Of a DNA stretch of 43,548 bases, positions 31,481 through 38,448 are shown one piece after another (position 1 is the stretch's first letter; every line of letters starts with the position of its first letter). A program made the translations under genes and the position numbers. Source of the DNA: Candidatus Saganbacteria bacterium (lineage in GTDB: Bacteria > Margulisbacteria > WOR-1 > O2-12-FULL-45-9 > XYB2-FULL-48-7); contig JAFGHC010000028.1 in NCBI GenBank assembly GCA_016939335.1, positions 1 through 43,548 on the forward strand, given 5' to 3'. The notes under the pieces are model-generated. The model did not search any database. It saw nothing but the letters and a program-made list of their open reading frames with translations, and was not told the origin of the DNA.

Positions 31481-31572
31481 GAAATCCGAATATCGAATCT
31501 CGAAATCCGAAATAAATTCGAAATTCGAATTTTCCCATCCCCTTCGTATTTCGAATTTCGTTTTTCGAATTT
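31481..31572. repeat. Heptamer-period hairpin (AAATCCG/AAATTCG family), possible bidirectional terminator
   Basis: AAATCCG AATATCG AATCTCG AAATCCG ... TTCGTAT TTCGAAT TTCGTTT TTCGAAT between convergent genes. Confidence 0.8.
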
Positions 31573-31705
31573 AGTTCCCGAACATCCCCTCGATCTTGTC
31601 CCGCAGCGCCATTCTTTCGAGTTTCTTCTTACGGCGGACAAAGTAACTGACGGCGGCGGCGATGATGACCGCGGCGAACCCCAGCTCAAAGAGCAGTTCA
31701 GCCAT
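31571..31705 (-). CDS. Small single-TM hypothetical protein (44 aa), absent from ORF track
   Basis: MAELLFELGFAAVIIAAAVSYFVRRKKKLERMALRDKIEGMFGN*; host-like codons, 9 nt after upstream ORF. Confidence 0.6.
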   Translation of the reverse strand: MAELLFELGFAAVIIAAAVSYFVRRKKKLERMALRDKIEGMFGN

Positions 31706-31714
31706 GCCGGCGGG

Positions 31715-31879
31715 CTATTGGCCTTCGTTCTCCGCCACGAACTTTTTGATCTCGTCGAGGTTCTCGAGGATCAGCCGGGCCTTGGTCAGGCCGAACGAGA
31801 ACGGGAACTTGTCGTCTTCGCTCCTTTTGATCACCAGCGTCGGTTTGCCTTTGAATTCTGACCTTTCGATAATCGCCAT
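31715..31879 (-). CDS. Small soluble hypothetical protein (54 aa), absent from ORF track
   Basis: MAIIERSEFKGKPTLVIKRSEDDKFPFSFGLTKARLILENLDEIKKFVAENEGQ*; AAGGAG RBS (31889-31894), GC3-rich codons. Confidence 0.8.
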   Translation of the reverse strand: MAIIERSEFKGKPTLVIKRSEDDKFPFSFGLTKARLILENLDEIKKFVAENEGQ

Positions 31880-31897
31880 TTAGATCAACTCCTTTCT

Positions 31898-31942
31898 TAG
31901 GGTCATAGGGTCATAGGGTCATAGTCGACGGGTTACGGGTTA
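31898..31942. repeat. Short tandem repeats in divergent intergenic region
   Basis: (TAGGGTCA)3 at 31898-31921 then (CGGGTTA)2 at 31929-31942. Confidence 0.8.
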
Positions 31943-31948
31943 TTCTAC

Positions 31949-31954
31949 TATAAT
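31949..31954 (+). promoter_or_regulatory. -10 box of PflX-like gene (leaderless spacing)
   Basis: TATAAT 6 nt before ATG 31961. Confidence 0.55.
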
Positions 31955-31960
31955 AAGGAT

Positions 31961-32917
31961 ATGAATTCAAAGCTCTTGGGAAATTGCCGCCTCTGCGGCC
32001 ACCGTTGCGGCGTTAATCGGGTCAGGGGAGAGCTGGGCAAGTGCCGGGCCGGCTTGGCGCCCGAAGTCGCCTCCTACTGCGTCCATCACGGGGAAGAGCC
32101 GGCGATTTCCGGGTCGCGCGGCTCGGGGACGATCTTCTTCGCGCATTGTTCCTTGCGCTGCGTGTTTTGCCAGAACTACGAGATAAGCCAGATGGCAGGG
32201 AGTGACAGGGAGAAACAAGGATTAGCAGGGATGGGCAGGGAAAAATACCTGCTACTCCCTGCTCATCCCTGCCACTCCCCGTCACTCCTTGAAAAACAGA
32301 CGGAGCTGGCGGAGATCATGCTGGAGCTGCAAGACAGGGGCGTTCACAACATCAATTTAGTTTCACCGACGCATTACGGGCCGCAGATAGTTGAAGCGTT
32401 GGAGATTGCGCGAGAGGAAGGATTAAAGCTGCCCGTGGTTTATAATTCCGGCGGCTACGATTCGCTGGAACTGCTAAAAGAGCTCGCGGGTAAAATTGAT
32501 ATTTATCTGCCCGATCTTAAATATTTTAGCGATGATAGCGCTCTAAAATATTCCGGGGCAAAAAACTATGTCGAGACGGTCAAGGCGGCCGTGGCCGAAA
32601 TGTTCCGCCAGGTTGGCCCCGGGAAGCTGATCGTCCGGCACCTGGTCCTGCCGAATGGTCTGGCCCATAGCTTTGACGCGCTGGACTACCTCGCTTCGCT
32701 CTCCAAAGACATTTGGGTCAGTCTCATGGCGCAGTACAGCCCGCAGCATCGCGCCGGGGAGTTCCCCGAGCTGAACAGAAAGCTATCGCCGGCTGAATAT
32801 CAGCGCGTCGTCGCTCACGCGGGAAAGCTCGGTCTGCATAACCTTTATGTCCAGGAGCTGTCGAGCAGCGAAGTTTACCTGCCGGACTTTCAGCGGGCCG
32901 AGCCCTTCAGCCGGTAG
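31961..32917 (+). CDS. PflX-like radical SAM protein
   Basis: CRLCGHRCGVNR, HHGEEP..SGTIFF, CSLRCVFCQN (CX3CX2C), HNINLVSPTH, DIYLPDLKY, VRHLVLP. Confidence 0.88.
   Translation: MNSKLLGNCRLCGHRCGVNRVRGELGKCRAGLAPEVASYCVHHGEEPAISGSRGSGTIFFAHCSLRCVFCQNYEISQMAGSDREKQGLAGMGREKYLLLPAHPCHSPSLLEKQTELAEIMLELQDRGVHNINLVSPTHYGPQIVEALEIAREEGLKLPVVYNSGGYDSLELLKELAGKIDIYLPDLKYFSDDSALKYSGAKNYVETVKAAVAEMFRQVGPGKLIVRHLVLPNGLAHSFDALDYLASLSKDIWVSLMAQYSPQHRAGEFPELNRKLSPAEYQRVVAHAGKLGLHNLYVQELSSSEVYLPDFQRAEPFSR
32195..32290. repeat. Decamer-period inverted-repeat hairpin in frame in radical SAM gene
   Basis: CAGGGAGTGA CAGGGAGAAA CAAGGATTAG CAGGGATGGG CAGGG ... CCCTGCTCAT CCCTGCCACT CCCCGTCACT CC. Confidence 0.85.
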
Positions 32918-34278
32918 GTCTTGTCGGCGCGGGAAAAGGCAAGGCTGAAATTGTCGGGGGCCTCCCCGCCCAGCAGCGTGAGCGGGCGCTCGTGCCGGTA
33001 AAGCGCCCGGATCGGCGAGGAGACCGCCGCCGTCTCGCTGCCGTCGGGCAATTTTACTTTGAACAGCGACCTGACCAGCGACGAAGAGGCGCCGCCGCGC
33101 TCGTCCTTGACGCTGACGTAATAAAGGATCTCCGGCCCAAGCAGGCGCGGCGGGAGGCCGAAAAAATAAACCCCGTCGGCGAAATAAGGAACGATCGCCT
33201 TCCAGCGCTTGGCGGTCCAGGCCAGCGGCCCCCCCTCGTTGTAATAAAGTCTGACGCTCCCCCCCAGGCCGCCGGCCAGCGTCCTGACCGGGATCACGAC
33301 CTGCCCGTTCTTTTTCTTGTAAACGGGCAGCTCGCTGATGGTCGGGAAAAGATGGCCGGCCGGCGCCGCTTTCAGCTTCTGCTCGAGCCAGGCGAGCGCC
33401 GGGCCCTCGGCCGATCCCAGGAAGCGGTGTTTTAAATTTGGGATCAGCCAGCAGCTTTTCTCCACCGGGACCTGCTGGAAACTTTTCTGGAAGGTCGGCA
33501 GGTAATAGCAGTGGTCGTTGGTCCCGGTGATAAAGAGGATCGGCGCTTGCTGGCTGGCCAGGAAGTTCTTCGGATCGAGATAATCGTCCCAGCGCGCCCG
33601 CTCGGCCGGCGGCATGGCGGCGAACCGGTCGCCCCAGGTGCACCCTTCGGGAATATAGCCGGCGCCGAAAACGTTGACCGCCGCTTTCAGCCGGCCGTCC
33701 TGGCCGTTGGTCAAGAGCGTCACCACGCCCCCCCAGGAGAGGCCGATCATGCCGGTCCGGTCGGGATCGACCTCCGGCCGCTGGCAGAGATAATTAATGC
33801 CGTTGCGCGCCGCCGCGACGGCGTGGACGAGATAATTTTCGCTTAGATCAGGCCCGGTGCGCAGCAGGTTTTCCAAGTCCATGTCGGGGCCGGTCGAGCG
33901 CGAAGCGCGCCGCCGCTCCCCCTTGCCGGGGAGGTCGATCGCCAGGACGGCGTAGCCCAGTTTGGCCCAGGCGACGGCCCGCGGCCGGCTGGCGGTCCCG
34001 CCGCCGCCGTGGGAGAGAAGGATCGCCGGCAATTTGCCGTCGCGCCGCCGCGGATAGGCGAAGTAACCGAAGATTCTGACCGGCTCCCCGTTATAGGGGC
34101 GGCTTTGATAATAAATTTCCTCGACCCGGACCCGGCCCTGATCGTAGGCCTTGACGGTTTCCGCCGAGACCGCGCCGGCCGGCACGTCCCAGAGCTGGCG
34201 CATTGCCTCGGACTGAAAAACATCGGCGCATGAGGGCGAAGGGAAAAATAAGATCAAGAGCAGCAATAAGATCGGCAT
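32890..34278 (-). CDS. Secreted alpha/beta hydrolase (acetylxylan esterase/dienelactone hydrolase-like)
   Basis: Signal peptide MPILLLLLILFF, HGGGG, GLSWGG nucleophile elbow, GTND and later His; start moved to ATG 34278. Confidence 0.8.
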   Translation of the reverse strand: MPILLLLLILFFPSPSCADVFQSEAMRQLWDVPAGAVSAETVKAYDQGRVRVEEIYYQSRPYNGEPVRIFGYFAYPRRRDGKLPAILLSHGGGGTASRPRAVAWAKLGYAVLAIDLPGKGERRRASRSTGPDMDLENLLRTGPDLSENYLVHAVAAARNGINYLCQRPEVDPDRTGMIGLSWGGVVTLLTNGQDGRLKAAVNVFGAGYIPEGCTWGDRFAAMPPAERARWDDYLDPKNFLASQQAPILFITGTNDHCYYLPTFQKSFQQVPVEKSCWLIPNLKHRFLGSAEGPALAWLEQKLKAAPAGHLFPTISELPVYKKKNGQVVIPVRTLAGGLGGSVRLYYNEGGPLAWTAKRWKAIVPYFADGVYFFGLPPRLLGPEILYYVSVKDERGGASSSLVRSLFKVKLPDGSETAAVSSPIRALYRHERPLTLLGGEAPDNFSLAFSRADKTYRLKGSAR

Positions 34279-34285
34279 GAAAAAC

Positions 34286-34294
34286 ATTATAGCA
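34286..34294 (-). promoter_or_regulatory. Extended -10 promoter of hydrolase (leaderless spacing)
   Basis: TGCTATAAT on minus strand, 7 nt before ATG 34278. Confidence 0.65.
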
Positions 34295-34516
34295 TAGAGA
34301 GTAGGGGGTAGATGGTAGGGAGTGGGGTTTCCCCGGAATTCGGCCAAAGAGAATAAGATTGAAACCACACACTAAAGTGTGTGGAATTTATCATCGGTAA
34401 TTATTCCCCATACTTTAGTATGGGGTTCCCTATTCAAAATCACACAAAATCTCCGCTGCCACTGCCTGGCCATCGATTTTCTTGCTACCCCCGACGCTCT
34501 ACTCCCTACCCCCTAT
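34295..34516. repeat. Composite repeat: heptamer arms enclosing dispersed element copy 2 and two REP-like palindromes
   Basis: GAGAGTA GGGGGTA GATGGTA GGGAGTG left arm; TACTCCC TACCCCC right arm; 34321-34408 matches 1-88; palindromes 34365-34384 and 34406-34425. Confidence 0.85.
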
Positions 34517-34518
34517 CA

Positions 34519-34527
34519 TGCTATAAT
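34519..34527 (+). promoter_or_regulatory. Extended -10 promoter of hisS (leaderless spacing)
   Basis: TGCTATAAT 6 nt before ATG 34534, no SD. Confidence 0.65.
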
Positions 34528-34533
34528 TCCCAC

Positions 34534-35814
34534 ATGAAATACGCCGCCCCGCGGGGGACCAAAGACATCCTGCCCGACGAGGCCCCGCTCTGGCAGGCGA
34601 TCGAACGGGCCTGCCGCGAAACGTTCGGGCTTTTCAATTATCGCGAGATCAGGACCCCCGTTTTTGAAAGCACCGAAGTTTTCTCCCGCTCGATCGGCGA
34701 CTCGACCGATATCGTCAGCAAAGAGATGTACACTTTTGCCGACCGCAAAGGCCGGAGCCTGACGCTGCGGCCGGAAGCGACCGCCTCGGTCGTCCGCGCC
34801 GCCCTGGAGAACAATTTACTTTCGACCGATAACTTGCTGAAAGTCTATTACCTTGGCCCGATGTTCCGTTACGAGCGGCCGCAGGCCGGGCGGCAGCGCC
34901 AGTTCCACCAGGCGGGGGTCGAGGCGTTCGGCTCGGCCGATCCGTCGCTCGACGCCGAAACGGTCCAGTTAAGCGTCAAGTTGTTCGAAAACCTCGGCTT
35001 AAAAGAGCTGGCGGTCGATCTGAACTCGGTCGGCTGTCCGGAATGTCAGCCGGTCTTTCGCGAGGCGCTGAAAAAATATTTCGCGGCGCATCTTGCCGAA
35101 CTCTGCGACGACTGCCGCCAGCGGTTCGCGGCCAATCCGCTGCGCCTGCTCGATTGCAAAGAGGCCCGCTGCCAGAAATATATCGAGCAGGCCCCGGCGA
35201 TGATCGATCACCTCGATCCGGAGTGCCAGGCCCATTTTGCAAAGGTCAGGGGCTGGCTTGATGGCTTGAAGGTCAAATACCGCGTCAACGACCGCCTGGT
35301 GCGCGGGCTCGATTATTACACCCGGACCGTCTTCGAGGTCGTTTCCAAACAGCTTGGCGCGCAGAACGCCGTCTGCGGCGGCGGGAGATACGATAACCTG
35401 GTCAAGCAATTCGGCGGCAAAAGCGTCCCCGCCATCGGCTTCGCGGTCGGGCTTGAGCGGCTGGCGGAGATCATGGGAAAGTCAAAAGTTAAAAGTCAAA
35501 AGTCAAAAGTGGACCTGTTCATCGCGGTGCTGGGGGAGCAGGCAAAAAAAGTTGCCTTCGACTTGATGTCGCAAGCGCGCGACCTCGGCCTCTCCGCCGA
35601 CACCGATTTCCTCGGCAGATCGCTGTCAGCGCAGCTGAAGGCGGCCGACCGGCTCGGCGCCGGATACGTTTATATCATCGGCGATGACGAGCTGGCCAAG
35701 CGCTCCGCCGCGCTCAAGAACATGAAGACGGCCGAACAGAAGGAAGTCCCCTTCGCGGAGCTCTTCACGCAATTCGCGGGCGAGTGCGGGAAGGGCTGTT
35801 CCTGCGAGGAGTAG
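34534..35814 (+). CDS. hisS: Histidine--tRNA ligase
   Basis: PRGTKD, KEMY, LRPEATA, FRYERPQAGRQRQFHQ, LVRGLDYY, GGGRYD, GLER. Confidence 0.97.
   Translation: MKYAAPRGTKDILPDEAPLWQAIERACRETFGLFNYREIRTPVFESTEVFSRSIGDSTDIVSKEMYTFADRKGRSLTLRPEATASVVRAALENNLLSTDNLLKVYYLGPMFRYERPQAGRQRQFHQAGVEAFGSADPSLDAETVQLSVKLFENLGLKELAVDLNSVGCPECQPVFREALKKYFAAHLAELCDDCRQRFAANPLRLLDCKEARCQKYIEQAPAMIDHLDPECQAHFAKVRGWLDGLKVKYRVNDRLVRGLDYYTRTVFEVVSKQLGAQNAVCGGGRYDNLVKQFGGKSVPAIGFAVGLERLAEIMGKSKVKSQKSKVDLFIAVLGEQAKKVAFDLMSQARDLGLSADTDFLGRSLSAQLKAADRLGAGYVYIIGDDELAKRSAALKNMKTAEQKEVPFAELFTQFAGECGKGCSCEE
35478..35510. repeat. (AAAGTCA) heptamer tract in frame in hisS
   Basis: AAAGTCA AAAGTTA AAAGTCA AAAGTCA AAAGT; encodes KSKVKSQKSKV; same unit as in gltD. 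Confidence 0.9.
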
Positions 35815-35818
35815 TCGG

Positions 35819-36838
35819 TTGAAAGAAGCGCTCTTTTATTCCAGGGTCGCGGGTAGCGAGTCACGGGTCCAATGTCGATTATGTCCGCACAATTGTTCGA
35901 TCGCCGACGGCAAACGGGGCCTTTGCGGCGTCCGTGAGAACCGCTCGGGGACCCTCTACAGTCTGGTCTACGGCAAAGTCGCCGCCGCCAGCATCGACCC
36001 GATCGAGAAAAAACCGCTCTTCCATTTTCTCCCCGGTTCGGCTTCCTATTCGATCTCGACCGCCGGCTGCAACTTCCGCTGCGATTTCTGCCAGAACTTC
36101 GGCCTCTCCCAGCCGCCCCGCGAGACCGGGGAGATACCCGGGCGCGAACGGTCGCCTGAGCAGATCGTCGCCGCGGCGGCGGAGAGCCGCTGCCAAAGCA
36201 TTGCTTACACGTACACCGAGCCGACCGTCTATTTCGAGTTTGCTTACGACACGGCCAAACTGGCGCGCGCGCGCGGCCTCAAGAACGTCTTCGTCAGCAA
36301 CGGTTATATGAACCCGCCGGTCGCGGAGATGGCCGGGCCGTATCTTGACGCCGCCAACATCGATCTCAAATCGTTCCGCGACGCGACCTACCGCCGGGTT
36401 TGCGGGGGGAAGCTCGCGCCGGTCCTTGAAACGCTCAAGCTGATGAAAAAATTGGGCGTCTGGCTCGAAGTGACGACGCTGGTTATCCCGGGCTTGAATG
36501 ATTTGCCGGAAGAGCTGGCGGAGATCGCCCGCTTCATCAAGAGCGAACTAAGCGCCGGCACTCCCTGGCACGTGTCCGGCTTCTACCCGGCTTATAAAAT
36601 GCTCGACCGGCCGCGCACCCCGGCGGAGTCGCTGGCCCGGGCGCGGGAGATCGGCCTTGGCGAAGGGTTGAAATCCGTTTATGCCGGCAACCTGCCGATC
36701 AAAGGGGCCGAAGATACCTATTGTCCCAAATGCGGCCAGCTCGTCATCCGGCGTTCGGGATTTGAGGTGCTGGAGAACCGGGTTAAAGATGGCAAGTGCG
36801 GCTTCTGCAATGAGCCGATCGCCGGCATCTGGTCTTAG
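35819..36838 (+). CDS. amrS: AmmeMemoRadiSam system radical SAM enzyme
   Basis: CRLCPHNC..GLCGVR, DPIEKKPLFHFLPG, GCNFRCDFCQN, AYTYTEP, NIDLK, TYCPKCG..CGFC. Confidence 0.88.
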   Translation: MKEALFYSRVAGSESRVQCRLCPHNCSIADGKRGLCGVRENRSGTLYSLVYGKVAAASIDPIEKKPLFHFLPGSASYSISTAGCNFRCDFCQNFGLSQPPRETGEIPGRERSPEQIVAAAAESRCQSIAYTYTEPTVYFEFAYDTAKLARARGLKNVFVSNGYMNPPVAEMAGPYLDAANIDLKSFRDATYRRVCGGKLAPVLETLKLMKKLGVWLEVTTLVIPGLNDLPEELAEIARFIKSELSAGTPWHVSGFYPAYKMLDRPRTPAESLARAREIGLGEGLKSVYAGNLPIKGAEDTYCPKCGQLVIRRSGFEVLENRVKDGKCGFCNEPIAGIWS

Positions 36839-36921
36839 CGTCCTTTGCGCCTTAGTGCCTTAGTGGTAAAATCCCAACCCGGAATTTACCACAAAGACGC
36901 AAAGACACTAAGATCACTAAG
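36834..36921. repeat. Octamer-period hairpin between convergent genes, possible bidirectional terminator
   Basis: CTTTGCGC CTTAGTGC CTTAGTGGTAAA ... TTTACCACAAAG ACGCAAAG ACACTAAG; both stop codons lie in the arms. Confidence 0.8.
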
Positions 36922-38329
36922 GGTGGAGCCGTTCCTCTTTGAAGCCTTCTAATTTAAACATCTTATAGTTATTCGTTATATAGTCCTCGACCAGATAGAG
37001 TTTCGCGTCCGGCAATTCGGTTGTCCTGGTGAAATACTTGGCCGCCCGGGCGCGGAAGAAGCTGTTGTCCTCGCCGTAATAAAGGGCCGTTTCCCCTTTT
37101 TTCAGCCCGGGGATCCCCCAGAGCTCGTACTGTTCCGCGCCCCACGGCCGTCCGCTCATTAAGAAGCCGGTGGCCAGGTAGGTCGGCCGTTTGAGATAGA
37201 ACTCAAGCAGTGAGGCGGAAACGTTGGTTTTGGCGAAAACTTTATACTCCGGCGGCAGTTTGGCGGCAAGCCCGTAGTTTTGCCGGTACTCGGCCTGATG
37301 CAGCAGGACGCCGGGCGAAACAAGAAGCAGGATCGCCAGCACCAGGCCGGCGAACAGCGCCGTCCAGGTAATGAATTTTTTGAGCGACTTGCCGCGCTCG
37401 ATCAGATAGCCGACGGTCAGCGGCAGCGCGCCGAGGTAGCCGACTTCCGTCCAGTGCGCCCAGATCTTGACCTTGAACGAAAGGAGGAAAAAGAGGAGGA
37501 GGACCGGCGCGGAAAAAGCGAAGAGGAGCCTTGTCCCCGCGTCCTTTTTCAGGCCCCAGCGGTATACATTATATAAGGCGAAGATCAGGAAGGGGGTGTA
37601 ATGGACGAGCTGGTCGCCGGCGAACGGCAGAAAATTGGCCCCCCAGGCGTCGGCGGCCGCTTTGGCGCCGTGGAAGGCGAAGGAAGCCCAGGCGTGCTGG
37701 TAATTCCAGACGAGAACGGGAAGAAAGCAGGCGGCCGAGAGCAGAAAGCAGAGATAGGGCTCTTTCCGTTTCAGCCAGAAGCGGCTCCCCGGCTCGATCA
37801 GAAAAAAGATGGCAAGGCACGGCCAGAACAAAAACATCGTGTATTTACTAAGGCAGCCCAGGCCAATTATTATTCCCAATAGGCACCATAATTTTGATTT
37901 TTTATCTTTTATTTTTGATTTTATAGCCAGCGTCAGCACTAACAATGCCCCCGTCCAGCACAAGACCAGCGGCAGCTCGACGTACATCGTCAGCCAGACG
38001 GCGGCAAAGTGGGGGAGGACCTGGAACAGCACGGCCGACCAAACGGCGACTTTTTCGTCAAAGACTTTCTTGGCCAGGAAATAGACCAGCAGGGTTGTCA
38101 GCAGCGTGACGGCAACGCAGCCGAGCCGCAGCAGCGGGAGGCTTTCGCGCCCCAGGGTGAACAAATAACTGATGTAAGCCGCCATTGGCGGGTGATCGAC
38201 ATAGGAGAGGCTCAAGTGCTTCGCCCACAGCCAGTAGTACGATTCGTCGGCGGTCAGGGGGAAGAGGAGGGCGAGGCTAAACCTCAAGACGGAAGCGATC
38301 GTCAGGAAGATGATCAAGCTTATCGGCAT
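36917..38329 (-). CDS. GT-C membrane glycosyltransferase (ArnT/PMT_2-like)
   Basis: DESYYWLW..YVDHPP, GLGCLSKY, many TM segments. Confidence 0.85.
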   Translation of the reverse strand: MPISLIIFLTIASVLRFSLALLFPLTADESYYWLWAKHLSLSYVDHPPMAAYISYLFTLGRESLPLLRLGCVAVTLLTTLLVYFLAKKVFDEKVAVWSAVLFQVLPHFAAVWLTMYVELPLVLCWTGALLVLTLAIKSKIKDKKSKLWCLLGIIIGLGCLSKYTMFLFWPCLAIFFLIEPGSRFWLKRKEPYLCFLLSAACFLPVLVWNYQHAWASFAFHGAKAAADAWGANFLPFAGDQLVHYTPFLIFALYNVYRWGLKKDAGTRLLFAFSAPVLLLFFLLSFKVKIWAHWTEVGYLGALPLTVGYLIERGKSLKKFITWTALFAGLVLAILLLVSPGVLLHQAEYRQNYGLAAKLPPEYKVFAKTNVSASLLEFYLKRPTYLATGFLMSGRPWGAEQYELWGIPGLKKGETALYYGEDNSFFRARAAKYFTRTTELPDAKLYLVEDYITNNYKMFKLEGFKEERLHP

Positions 38330-38334
38330 GATTC

Positions 38335-38343
38335 ATTATAGCA
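38335..38343 (-). promoter_or_regulatory. Extended -10 promoter (leaderless spacing)
   Basis: TGCTATAAT on minus strand, 5 nt before ATG 38329. Confidence 0.6.
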
Positions 38344-38352
38344 TTATTACTA

Positions 38353-38445
38353 CTCGAATCCCCGAATGTCGGCTCTAATCCCCGAATATTTCCCGAATTA
38401 GAGTCATATTCGTGTATTCGAGCCCTAATTCGTAAATTCGGGAAG
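38353..38445. repeat. CGAAT/ATTCG inverted-repeat hairpin
   Basis: CTCGAAT CCCCGAAT ... CCCCGAAT ..TCCCGAAT versus ATTCGTGT ATTCGAG .. ATTCGTAA ATTCGGGA. Confidence 0.75.
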
Positions 38446-38448
38446 TAA

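Noticed and set aside
31662..31883. Plus-strand 73-aa ORF from the track
   Set aside because: Antisense to the better supported minus-strand small genes, one of which has a strong RBS.
34381..34533. N-terminal extensions in the ORF track (hisS 34381, nadE 14956, amtB 928, atpF 26515, hydrolase 34368, glnK 2132)
   Set aside because: They run through repeat elements or upstream genes; downstream ATGs match family N-termini and RBS or -10 positions.
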